A DNA stretch of 64,000 nucleotides from NCBI RefSeq assembly GCF_001194135.2, contig NC_068991.1:51540621-51604620 (forward strand), given 5' to 3'. Shown here one piece after another: positions 1-11,200 of this stretch. Numbering within the stretch: position 1 is the first letter of the stretch; each line of letters begins with the position of its first letter. Under the pieces are notes generated by a model, which saw only the letters and a program-made list of their open reading frames with translations, was not told the origin of the DNA and did not search any database. The stretch comes from Octopus bimaculoides. Lineage: Eukaryota. The position numbers and the translations under genes are program-made.

Positions 1-297
1 GCCTCGGGCCGACCAAAGCCTTGTGAGTGGATTTGGTAGACGGAAACTGAAAGAAGCCCGTCGTATATATATGTGTGTGTGTGTGTGTATGTTTGTGTGT
101 CTGTGTTTGTCCCCCCTAGCATTGCTTGACAACCGATGCTGGTGTGTTTATGTCTCCATAACTTAGCGGTTCGGCAAAAGAGACTAATAAAATAAGTACT
201 AGGCTTACAAAGAATAAGTCCTGGGGTCGATTTGCTCGACTAAAGGTGGTGCTCCAGCATGGCCGCAGTCAAATGACTGAAACAAGTAAAAGAGTAA
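1..297 (+). mobile_element. tRNA-derived SINE family A, body and tail (5' end cut by window edge)
   Basis: Near-identical to the reverse complement of the full-length copy at 60545-60957; internal (TG)n; tail TGACTGAAACAAGTAAAAGAGTAAGA. Confidence 0.85.
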
Positions 298-519
298 GAA
301 TGCTCAGGTTTACTACAACTGAAAGAAAAAAAGGCATTAGGTGTCCTGTTAGCGAATTTCAGAAGGCATGAAAGTTATGAAGGTGTAGCGTCTTGATAGC
401 TAACGACTTATGCGGTAGTTTATTCCATGCTTCAGCAATTCTCAGCGTGAAAAAATGTTTCCGAAAGTCATGTTTTTTTTGTTTTTTATTTTTATATATA
501 TAAGTATGTCCGTGAGTGT

Positions 520-1140
520 TAGACATATGAAATTCAAAATGGTGTCCAAGGTTGTTGGGAAAGATGGCAGATAATCTTGTGCGTGCCTACCAAATCAGTT
601 GCCAGACGTCTGAGCTTCAGTGTGTCCATGCCCAGGGAAGCAAGACGTTCTGAGTATGGTAGATGCCTGACACCAGGTATTCGTTTGGTTGCACGTTTCT
701 GAACAGTTTCCAGGAGACTGATGATGCAAACTCCAAGTGTGGACGTACCATAGTCACAGATTTAAATAAATAGCTGGGGAACTGCTGACAAAGGTCTTGC
801 TGAGTGATACTAAGACGCCCTTGGCCTTCTTGACAATCTTAGAGATATGGTTTGTCCAACACAGATCATTGTTTACAATAATACCCAGATCACCTTCACT
901 AACAGACTTCTTAAGATTGGTTGTTGAGGGTGTATGTAAATGCTGGGTTTTCCTCCCAAAGTGCATAGTGACGCACTTGTCCGCAGATAGCTTGAGTTGC
1001 CAGTCAGTAATCCATTGCAGCATTGTGTCCAGGTCTGATTGCAGTGCAGGAAAGATCTGTTCTTTTTATCTCAAGATACAGTTTGATGTGATCTGCACAT
1101 TTCAACACTGGAGCATTCTTCAGTTGGCATCTATGTCATA
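520..1140 (-). mobile_element. CR1-group LINE, degraded RT C-terminal fragment
   Basis: ORF 754-1023 reads WQLKLSADKCVTMHFG...DLGIIVNNDLCWTNHISKIVKKA, matching the CR1/L2 pattern W.L.FN..KC..MH.G...DLG+.+...L.W..HI. Confidence 0.8.
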
Positions 1141-1927
1141 AACATATGCAACAAACAGTAGGGGTCCAAGAACAGGTCAACTCATCTATCTATCTATCTA
1201 TCTATCTATCTACTCAACTACCTACCTACCCACCTTCATACCGACCGACAAACAAACATATAAACGTTTGTGAGAAAGAGAGAAAATTACCTTTTCTAAC
1301 GATTCAAAAACTTGTTCATGATCGCTGCACAGCATTAAAAAAATCTTGAACATTTCCTGGTCAGTGTCTATTTACAGTTAGTAAGTATGATGAAAATTAT
1401 TTCTGAACTTACATTTGACCCTCTTAAACGATTGACTGAAAGTATTCTGGAGTATTTCTAATCTATTTGGCGATGTTTCGTTCTATAATTTAATAAGTGG
1501 AACTACTGAAATCAGCAAAAATTAGTATAAATTGAAAGTAAAATAATGCTCAGTAGTTAGTTAGTACTCAGGGCTTTACTATTGAAGATGCCGATAGCAG
1601 AGCCCTAAGAACCAGCGAAAACATCAGAGGGTACCATTATGTTTCCAACAAAAAACTGCGTGCGCGCACACATCAACCCCATCCTCCCTATTTTATAGCT
1701 ATCCGTTGCATGCACTGGTATGGACATGTCCATTGTATTTCATACAAATTTTTCAGAACGTTAATGATTGTTTCCAACAAAGTGACAAAGCCAGAAATTT
1801 GGGATAAAGAATCATTCGATTAAACTCATTAATTCGCTGCTATTTAGGTTACATCCAGCAAGCGATTGATATTGGAGTATTTTAATTAATAAATTATGTA
1901 ATTGTCGGTGAGTGGAAGTATGTACTT

Positions 1928-2036
1928 CATGCCTGGGCAACCTTTTATTTGAAGCAAGCTACATAGGAGAGACTTAGTTCATTGTTAGGCGGGCCACACC
2001 GCTAAAAACATTCATGGTACAGGTTGCCTATGACTG
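1928..2036. mobile_element. Short hAT/Charlie-like MITE
   Basis: Imperfect TIRs CATGCCTGGGCAACCT / AGGTTGCCTATGACTG; 8-bp flanks ATGTACTT and GTCTACTT (6/8) resemble a decayed TSD. Confidence 0.55.
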
Positions 2037-2519
2037 GTCTACTTCTCAGTGTTTAGCAATGTTAATGAATTTATGTATTCCAGAAAGTTAAGGTGAAGGC
2101 TTGAGAATAAGGTGTGTGTGTTGTTCAACTAGATTTCCTTACAACGAACACAAGCGAGTTATTGAATGGTTAATCAATTAAATAATTTTAAACAAAAACT
2201 TTGAAAATGCATATCTCTGAAATTTCATAGGAGGAAAATGCTTTATTAAGAAACCAAATTAGATGATGGTGAACTCTAAGCTGCAGTTAGGCTGAACTTA
2301 GTTACCTGTCAATTACCTGTTGTTGGTGATTCGGTGGCGATAAGTAATTTTAATTGCTAGTTTTGCTTGACGACTACTGTTTATAGAAATACTGCAAAGT
2401 GTATGTTCTACTTCTTTTAAATTATCATTTTATGACTTTGTTGGAGAATTATGAGGAAAGGGACGAGGGTATTGTTATCCACTAACTACAAAAGACTAGA
2501 TCTGAAGCGTTGAAAGAGA

Positions 2520-2549
2520 ATGAATTCCAAAGACATTGAAAGCTCAGAT
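2520..2549 (+). CDS. GNPNAT1: GNPNAT1 candidate coding exon 1 (MNSKDIESSD)
   Basis: ATG at 2520, in-frame TGA 6 nt upstream, GTAGGT donor at 2550 in phase 0, which matches the phase-0 acceptor at 15623. Gives a 190-aa protein, close to the 184-aa human size. Not confirmed by homology. Confidence 0.55.
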
Positions 2550-2711
2550 GTAGGTATTAAACAAGTCCAGTGATTTTAGTTTACCTCCCAGTAACTTGAA
2601 GTCACGTTCTTCATTCCAAATTACCCACCTCAGATTCCTTTATTGGAAAATGAAAGTATTATTATTATTATTATTGTTGTTGTTGTTGTTATTGTTATTA
2701 TTATAATACAA

Positions 2712-2921
2712 GGCGGCAAGTTGTCAAAATCGTTAGCACGCCGGGCGAAATGCTTAGCAGTATTTCGTCTGCCGTTACGTTCTGAGTTCAAATTCCGCCG
2801 AGGTCAACTTTGCCTTTCATCCTTTCGGAGTCGATAAATTAAGTACCAGTTGAGTACTGGGTCGATGTAATCGACTATCCCCCTCCCCCAAATTTCAGGC
2901 CTTGTGCCTATAATAGAAAGG
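2712..2921 (+). mobile_element. tRNA-derived SINE family B
   Basis: Head GGCGGCAAGTTGTCAAAATCGTTAGC with B-box-like GAGTTCAAATTCC; (ATT)n tail; many copies in the window. Confidence 0.8.
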
Positions 2922-2943
2922 ATTATTATTATTATTACTATTA

Positions 2944-2993
<50 letters not shown>
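2921..2993. repeat. (ATT)n microsatellite (SINE tail)
   Basis: Direct reading; explains the poly-Ile ORF. Confidence 0.95.
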
Positions 2994-3123
2994 ACATTTT
3001 TCTTTCTGCAACTTCCATTGAGGTCGACTTTGTCATTCATCCTTCGGGTTTGATAAAATATATACCTGTTGAATACTGGAATCGATTTTATCGACTGGCC
3101 CCCTCCTTCAAAATTTCAGGGCG

Positions 3124-3772
3124 TACCTACATATGTGTACCCGCCCCCGCGACTTATTTTCCTCATAACTTCCAGAAAAATACATATTTTTTAATTAAAT
3201 TTTATTATAAAGGTACCTCAGATGGTATAGACTCCGATTATATTGGAATTTGTTGTGAAAAAAGTTTTTCCGAGGATGTGAAGTGAAGTTTCGGGGAATT
3301 CATACGAGTTGGCATTGTTTCCTCATAACTTTCAGAAAAAAGAAAGTGTATTTTTCATAAAATTTTCTACAAATACTTTTCAGGGTGTGTAAAATACGAT
3401 TATATCGGAATTTGATGTTTAAAGAAAAATAATCACCACCTACACATACATACTGACGCACATCACAATTTTTTTTTCTTTTTTCCATATTAATTGTAAT
3501 CTACATATTCTGAAAGATATTTACATAAAATTTCATTTAAAAAAATAAAAATTACCTATTTTTCTGAAAGTAATGAGTAAAGAAAACCGTCTCGTATGAA
3601 TTTTCCGAAATTTCTCACCCCACTCTCGGAAAATCTTTTTCGCCACATATTTAGATATAATCAGAATCTACACCGTCCGAAGTATATTTTAAGAAAATTT
3701 CATTAAAAAGATATCCATTTTTCTGGAAGTTATGAGGCAACAAATTCAGTGGGGTGCACACATGTGGAGGTA
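3124..3772. mobile_element. Foldback/MITE with modular inverted arms
   Basis: Ends TACCTACATATGTGTACCC and GGGGTGCACACATGTGGAGGTA are reverse complements; internal modules (CTCATAACTTCCAGAAAAAT...) recur inverted at 3150-3245 versus 3655-3750. Confidence 0.6.
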
Positions 3773-4139
3773 TACTAATTTCAGGCCTTGTATATCTAGT
3801 ACAAAGAAAAAAATTACCAATAAACGTATTTTCATATATAAATACATTTCGTTCACTTTCAAAGTGTCTTACCAAAGTTTTATATTTTAAAAAATTGCAG
3901 ATGCAGAATCTCTGATGTTCAAAGCGATTTTGTAAACGCATCGTGAAAATGTTGGGGTAGGGGGTGTAGTAGTTTGTCGTCTGTGGCTAAAATAGTTGAA
4001 TGATATAATCTTGCAAGAGTAATCTCCCTTTAGTAAGATTCTCGGAAGATTATATTTCATGAGAAGTAATTCTAATTCAAGAAGCTTCGCGTTTCTCTTG
4101 GAAGTTTCTGGAATGTCTAGCGTTCCATTAATAAAAAGT

Positions 4140-5450
4140 TTCTTGCCCTACTCTTTGCTTCTTTGGCAGCGGGAATACCACCTCAGTATTTTATAAAGGA
4201 ATAGTAGAGTTTAAGAGCGACGACACTCTAGGAGAAACTCTGGGATTCGATTGGAACCAGCTAACCAACCTGTTTCATAAAACTTTCAGGTCGGGGTATT
4301 TGGATAAGTACCAAAGATCCCTGACTTGGCAGTGCATTACCCGTTCGAGATAAATTGTCTAGACACGGCATTCCAGTGTCACTGATATGCCCAAGGTCTG
4401 GGCATGATGAGGAAACCGTCCTGCACGCCTTTGTACAGCGTCCGGAGATTTCCAGTGTGATGGCACTCCGCCGCTTACGACGTCGAGGGTTCCAGTTGAT
4501 CCGATCAACGGAACAGCCTGCTCGTGAAATTAACGTGCAAGTGGCTGAGCACTCCACAGACACGTGTACCCTTAACGTAGTTCTCGGGGATATTCAGCGT
4601 GACAAAGTGTGACAAGGCTGACCCTTTGAATTACAGGCACAACAGAAACAGGAAGTAAGAGTGAGAGAAAGTTGTGGTGGAAGAGTACAGCAGGGTTCAC
4701 CACCATCCCTTGCCGGAGCCTCGTGGAGCTTTTAGGTGTTTTTGCTCAATAAACACTCAAAACGCCCTGTCTGGGAATCGAAACCGCGAGTCCGCTGCCC
4801 TAACCACTGGGCCATTGCGCCTCCACTTGGAAGTTTCCACTTCTGATAATTTACGTCGAACACGTGTTGTCGCATCTGAGAAGAGTACGGCTATCAGCTG
4901 AGTCTGTGATAAAGAATGTACCGCCAGCCAGACTTTCAAAGGAAGGTGAGGCATGTTTTCTTTGTACAGTCGCCGTTATGAAGGAGTGTACATGGAGGAC
5001 GGGGATGAAAGGAGTCGCGATAGGAACCTTTATCTCCGGCCCATGCTTGCTGTATTTCTTCAGATATCATATGAGGAGCAAGATAGGGCTGGAGGGAAGA
5101 CATCTGTCGCGAGGCATATAGGAGAAAAGATGAAAGGATGTTGTGAAGAAGTTGGGAGTGACTGTCCCTACTTAATCACATGGCAGAAGGGTGCAGTTTC
5201 TGGCCTTCTGGATCACAGTCCGTGTTTTAAAATTTTTACGCTTAGTTTAGAATAGGGGCAGCTGATGAAGGAAATGTTCTCTATGTGGCCTGTCCGTTTT
5301 CCTGTGTGTTTTCTGTGCTTTGTTTATATTCTTGTTTTTCAGTTTGTCCACGTTTTTTAAGTCATCAAATAAGCTCACCAAGCATCTTCAGATGTTTTGT
5401 AATGTCCTGTTTTGTCCTTTCTATGTTCGAATGTAAATATTCATAATAAA
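4140..5450 (+). mobile_element. L1/Tx1-like LINE 3' portion, interrupted by a SINE
   Basis: ALPVRDKLSRHGIPVSLICPRSGHDEETVLHAF resembles the zf-RVT CCHC region; the reading continues after the SINE as YVEHVLSHLRRVRLSAES...; 3' UTR shared with 40200-40420. Confidence 0.7.
4462..4810 (-). mobile_element. tRNA-derived SINE family C
   Basis: Reverse complement of 42905-43288; head TGGCCCAGTGGTTAGGG...GGTTTCGATTCCC carries A and B boxes. Confidence 0.85.
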
Positions 5451-5993
5451 GAATCATCGATTAGACTCAGAGCCATTCACGTCGTTGCTATGTCTACCTA
5501 TTTCTCTGTGCCACGTTACTAAAAACCACTATTTAGCTGTTATTTCTACATTTCTGAACTTTCTTGCATTGATTATTTTATTCCGTTAGTTTCTACATTT
5601 TGATTATGTTTCATCGACAACCCGTGAATGAAATATATTTTATGTAATAGGTCAAACTAAAGGGAAATAAAAAAATAAAATATTCTAATAGGTTTAAAAC
5701 AACTTGCTGCGAACGAATATGAAGAAAAAAAACGCGCGCTCGCGAACGGGAGGGAGAGGCCTCGGAACATTCACTTCCTGAATGTTCCGAGACGCCTCAT
5801 CGGAGCCAAGAAACAAAAGAAAAATAATGTAATAGATGTAAAACGACTTGCTCTGAACAAATATGAAAAAAAAAAATGCTCTCCCGCGAAAAACGGGGTG
5901 GGGAGAGGACTCGGAACATTCACATCATCACATATTTAAATGTTGCAGTGAAACAACCATTTCTGTATGTGTGTGATGTGTGATGATGTGAAT

Positions 5994-6429
5994 NNNNNNN
6001 NNNNNNNNNNNNNNNNNNNNNNNNNNNNNNNNNNNNNNNNNNNNNNNNNNNNNNNNNNNNNNNNNNNNNNNNNNNNNNNNNNNNNNNNNNNNNNNNNNNN
6101 NNNNNNNNNNNNNNNNNNNNNNNNNNNNNNNNNNNNNNNNNNNNNNNNNNNNNNNNNNNNNNNNNNNNNNNNNNNNNNNNNNNNNNNNNNNNNNNNNNNN
6201 NNNNNNNNNNNNNNNNNNNNNNNNNNNNNNNNNNNNNNNNNNNNNNNNNNNNNNNNNNNNNNNNNNNNNNNNNNNNNNNNNNNNNNNNNNNNNNNNNNNN
6301 NNNNNNNNNNNNNNNNNNNNNNNNNNNNNNNNNNNNNNNNNNNNNNNNNNNNNNNNNNNNNNNNNNNNNNNNNNNNNNNNNNNNNNNNNNNNNNNNNNNN
6401 NNNNNNNNNNNNNNNNNNNNNNNNNNNNN
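5994..6429. other. Assembly gap (N run)
   Basis: N bases. Confidence 1.
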
Positions 6430-6497
6430 CCCCGTAGCCCTAACACTAACCCTAAAACCCTAACCCTGACCCTAAAACCCTAACCCTAACACCCTAG
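6430..6497. repeat. Degenerate (CCCTAA)n telomere-like repeat
   Basis: CCCTAACACTAACCCTAAAACCCTAACCCTGACCCTAAAACCCTAACCCTAAC. Confidence 0.8.
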
Positions 6498-7653
6498 TGA
6501 AAATCGTGTGGGTGTTAATCTGAAAAATTAATCTTTTCTCATGGTAAAACAATAGTTTTTCTGTGACAGCAGTTAGATTTGCCAGATGCCTCGGCTAAGC
6601 AAAATAATGTCTTAGCCACTTGACTCTTCTATTTTACCAATAGCTAGAATAGATATGACAGACCACCAACGAATTCTATTGTTGGAGAAGCGAGTTGGTG
6701 AAAACGCAGTGACAGTGACCATTAGAGACAGAGGGAGAAAAAAGGTTATAAGACACAACATCCCTCGACTCTATCTTTTACTAGCTCAATTTCTTTTCTC
6801 TTCCAACATCTTTCTATCTTTATCTGTGGGTTACTACTACGAGAACATGTACACACATACAGGCCGAAATTAACTTTTCTTTTTACCTTGCATGCTTCTC
6901 CATTTACTAGTTATACATATCAACCTGTTGTGGTTCTGGGTATATAGAATGTAACTGTAAATAAATAACCTTTTCTAACCTAAACATTAACCCCTACATC
7001 TTGACTCGCAAAATTCGGATCTTGTGAATTTTCTGAAGTCCTCTCCCCTCCCACTTAGAAAAGATTTTCCCCACAAATGTCTTTAGAATTGTAATGTATG
7101 CCGTTGGAAAGGCATTTCTATAAAATTTCATTGAAAAAAAAATCCATTTTCCTAAAAGTTACAAGGGAGAAGCTTGGATCTTGTGAATTTTCTGAAGTAC
7201 TCTCCCCACCCGCCCGTTGCTTTGCGCGCATTTTTTTTCATTTTCGTTTCCTACACATTGTTTTACACCCATTCCAGTATATTTTTTGGATTTTCATTTC
7301 TGGGTCAAGATGTAAACATTAACCTTTCCATTTTCTTACTTTCCTGTTTGCAATGTTTGCATTTTTATTATCATTACATTCATTTCTTTCCGATTTTGTT
7401 GTTACTTCTATTTATAACTTTAGTTTCTTTTACATTTTATTTCCACATTTTTACATCTTAAAATACTTGCTAAATATGAGAATAACTCCCTGGTCCCCTT
7501 TCTCTCTCTCTCTTCGATTTCAACATATTTTTGTGATGTTCTGGGATACATCATCATTCATAATTTTCATAGGGTCGTTTGTGATTTCGTTTCTTTCAAC
7601 ATCAGCCGTTCACTGCCAAGTTGACCAAACCAGGGTTGATTAAGTTCTCGTCT

Positions 7654-7800
7654 GCAGGCATGGCTGTGTGATAAGAAGCTTGCTTCCCAACCACATGGTT
7701 CCGGGTTCAGCTCCACTGCGTGGCACCTTGGGCAAGTGTCTAACTAAGGCCTTGTGTGTGGGTTTGGTAGATGAAAACTGAATAAAGCCCATTGTATATA
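7654..7800 (+). mobile_element. SINE family A, 5' part
   Basis: GGCATGGCTGTGTGATAAG...GGGTTCAGCTCC...GGCACCTTGGGCAAGTG (A box, B box, CORE-like motif). Confidence 0.8.
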
Positions 7801-7838
7801 TGCACACACATGCACATATACACACATATAAATATATA

Positions 7839-9089
7839 CAGTGGGGGGGGGGGGGAAATAAATATTTGTACATGTCAAAATTCTTTATTTATTTAATTTC
7901 TAATGAACATAAATGGGATATACCAATACTATATTTGCATACACATGCATAAACTAAGAATATGCAAAAGAAACTAATAAATTATAGTAACTAATGAATT
8001 TATATACAAATATAGATATTTAGGGGTGAAAAAGTATTCGTACAGAACATAAATAATTGATAATTCTGATTTAATACTTTGTAGCATAACCATTATTCAC
8101 TTCCACTTCAACCAATCTCTTGTAGTTCTTAATCAATGACTCACATGTTTCTTTAGGAATTTTTTCCCATTCTTCTTGACAAATTTTCTTCAAATCTGGA
8201 ATACACATTGGGGCTCTTGAATGAGTTTTAATTTTCAAATAACGCCACAAATTTTCAATGGGGTTCAAGTCAGGTGACTGGCTTGGCCATTCTAATAATT
8301 TTATATTATGATTGACAATCCATTTTTGGTAGACTTCGCCGTGTGCTTAGAGGTCGTTATCCTGTTGTAAAACCCACCCTTCACAAAGCTGGAGCTTTTC
8401 TACAGAGTCCCATAAATTATTGTTCAAAATATTTTGGTACATCTCTGCATTCATTCTACCATCTATCACATGTAAATTATCAGTGCCATTTGCAGAGAAA
8501 CACCCTACACAATGATGTTGTCACCTCCAAACTTTACAGTAGGAATTGTTTTTTGGCGAATAGGTGGTACCATCATTCCTCCAAACATGGCTACGTGAAT
8601 TTCATCCAAACAATTCAATTTTCGACTCGCCTGTCAAAAGAACATTTTCCCAGAATGTATCAGATTTATCTTTATGTTCATAAACAAATTTTAAATGGGT
8701 ATCTCTATGCTTTTAGTCAACAGTGGAGTTTTTCTAGGAGAGCATGATTTCAGTTCATTCCTATGAAGTCCATTGCTGATTTTTCATAGTGTAACACTAG
8801 TCCCTGAAGCTAACAAATCTTCTTGCAACTCCTTTTTGGTGATCATTGCGTTTTTTTCGATACTTCACTTCATTTTTCTTAAAGATCTAGGGGAAATCTT
8901 GCGTGGTGCACCGGATCTTATTCTATTTTCGACAGTTCCTGATTTTTTATATCTTTGAATAAATGAAGATATGGTAGAAAATGGAATACAAAGGGTCTCT
9001 GATATTTTCCTGTGAGAGGGAGTATAGCAGGAGCTGAGTGTTGGTAATGAATGTTCTGCACGGTGTTCAAGACATAACTGTCCATTCAT
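7839..9089 (-). mobile_element. Tc1-like transposon, left end missing, degraded transposase
   Basis: HTH region RKISETLCIPFSTISSFIQRYKKSGTVENRIRSGAPRKIS; PTVKFGGDNIIV motif; SPDLNPIENLW motif; terminus TA|CAGTGGGG...AAATAAATATTTG at 7837-7865. Confidence 0.9.
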
Positions 9090-9350
9090 AATACAGTTTC
9101 TGATGCCTTGTTTTCTCGGAGAAAGTAGTTCTTTCTGTCTCTGGCACTGAAATTACTAAGCAAGACAAGTTTGTCTTTAGGTAATATTTTAGAAAGAACA
9201 ACTTTCAGTTGCTGATAAAATTGGTTCTTAATGTCATCATCAATGTTAAGACTTGGTGCACAGCCTTGATTTTTGGTGCAGTTATAATTCATACTGTCAT
9301 GTGACCTAACATGCTGACATAATGTATAAATGTTATCCATGCTGTCACGA
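9090..9350 (-). mobile_element. RTE-like AP-endonuclease fragment
   Basis: KNQFYQQLKVVLSKILPKDKLVLLSNFSARD resembles FY..L...L..IP..DKL+LLGDFNARVG. Confidence 0.6.
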
Positions 9351-10066
9351 CACAGTCACTATCCGTAATTGTTGACGCAACTATATTTCATATACTCATA
9401 TGACTCTCACTTTGTGACCAGTTTCAACCAACTAAACTGCATCTCAACTGATGGCAGTTTGAGCCATACTCTTTCTGTAAAAAGATGCAAATTTTTAAAC
9501 TGCAGTGAGAGTGAGACAAATACAGTATAGTCTCATGTCCATCTACCTCACACAAAGTTTGAAAATCATGCAACTTTGAAACTGATGAAGAAAATATAAA
9601 TAAATCTTTGTAAAAACTTTAGATATATTTTCAGCCTTTCTTTACTAAAGCTTCTTTGAATGTAATAAAAGGAAAAACCAAAATTTAAAGAGCATATATC
9701 AGGAATTAAATTAAAGCAGATTAATTTGTTTTTAATTTTTATAATGAAATCTCTAAGCTTAAATGAAAAAGCTTTAACAATATCCATCTTGCCTGTTGTT
9801 GAATAGAACTACACATTCTAAATGATTTCAATATGTCTAAGTCACATAAAGACACTAAATTTTATCTGGTAGTAATGAAAGTGTTCATTGTTTTGACTTT
9901 ATCTTTGTACTATCAGAAAATTAAGCAATAATATCTCTAATAGGAAAATGTGCAGGATGTATACATCTTGTAGAAATATTGTTTGATGAATTAAACAGTA
10001 TTATTAATTTAATCCTTTTAATTATTTTGCTATTCTCTTTTGAACATTGAGAAAGACACTCTCAGC

Positions 10067-10253
10067 CAGTGGTTCTCAACTGGGGTCCATATAAGACTTT
10101 GTTAAAGTTTATTCTTCTACAATACATGAGATATTTTAACAATTTTTTAATACAATCCCTAATAATTTCTAATTATAAAAATATAATAGGATTTTTTTTT
10201 TAACATTGGGGTTCAGTAGAGTTAAATAGGCAAAAAATGGTTGAGAACCACTG
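10067..10253. mobile_element. hAT/Charlie-like MITE
   Basis: Perfect 14-bp TIRs CAGTGGTTCTCAAC / GTTGAGAACCACTG; TSD not preserved (CTCTCAGC versus ATCTATAC). Confidence 0.8.
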
Positions 10254-10734
10254 ATCTATACCAAAATATCAGAATGTATTATTTAAAAAAAATTAATTAT
10301 AATTTTGGCTTTATTATTTACTTCCTTTAGATTTTGTTCTGAAAAATATTTCTAAAAGAAAACTGGTCAGAATCAACAAAACTAAATGGTGAAGGAACCA
10401 TAATACAGTGCTGCCGATGAGCTTAGGAGGGAAAACAGGGTATGTGGCATGTGCATGATGCAAGTTGTAGTCGATAGATGATGATAATGATGATATATTG
10501 TGCATGTGTAAGAAGTATAAGGCTTCTCAAATTTTATTTGGAATGATTTTAACATTTGATGATGCTCTGAGCTCTCTATGGATAACAGGTCAAGCAAACG
10601 TTCCCGTGCTGAGAACAGATCATGAGTAATGTCCAGTACAGTCTCCCCTTTCACTGCAGGTATGAAGTAGTCATCTGCACTGGTAGATGTTGAAATGCAA
10701 CCCAAAGAAAAGATAATTTCTTATTTCTTTATTG

Positions 10735-10942
10735 CCCACAAGGGGCTAAACATAGAGGGGACAGACAAGGGAATTAAGTCGATTACATTGACTCCAGTGC
10801 ATAACTGGTTCTTTATTTATCGACCCCGAAAGGATGAAAGGCAAAGTCAACCTCGGCGGAATTTGAACTCAGAATGTAACGGCAGGCGAAATACCGCTAA
10901 GCATTTTGTCCAGCGCGCTAACATTTCTGCCAGCTCGCTTGC
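10735..10942 (-). mobile_element. SINE family B
   Basis: Reverse complement of 2712-2921; very similar to 22298-22518. Confidence 0.8.
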
Positions 10943-11200
10943 CAAAGAAAAGATTTCTTTTAGTATCCTAAGAAAATGCTGGTACCTTGTGAGTTTACCT
11001 TACAATGGGAAAAGTATCGAAGAACTTGAAAAGCCACAGACTATTCTGCTCTCGCTAAGAAATAATGTTTACAATTTCATGACTTCTATAAAAACAACAC
11101 TAAAGTTTCAGTAGTCTAGACCACTTAACTATAAATAGATTCCATTGAATGGAATGGTTTACTAATGTAAACCGTCAGGTGTACAGTGAAATTTATGAAT

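Noticed and set aside
2643-3040. Poly-Ile, Tyr-Ile and Thr-His ORFs (also 30919, 35351, 59455)
   Set aside because: They are translations of microsatellites.
5262-5300. CTGATGAAGG hammerhead-like box (also 40345-40385)
   Set aside because: No GAAA box follows a stem II; it is part of the Tx1-like 3' UTR.
5928-6446. Long ORFs spanning N runs (also 24066-24915, 50228-50827, 61203-62300, 63261-63940)
   Set aside because: Their length comes from X residues across assembly gaps; only the flanking real sequence was interpreted.
10382-10705. 107-aa minus-strand ORF (MGCISTSTSADDYF...)
   Set aside because: No recognisable domain or clear splice sites; it is antisense within a GNPNAT1 intron.
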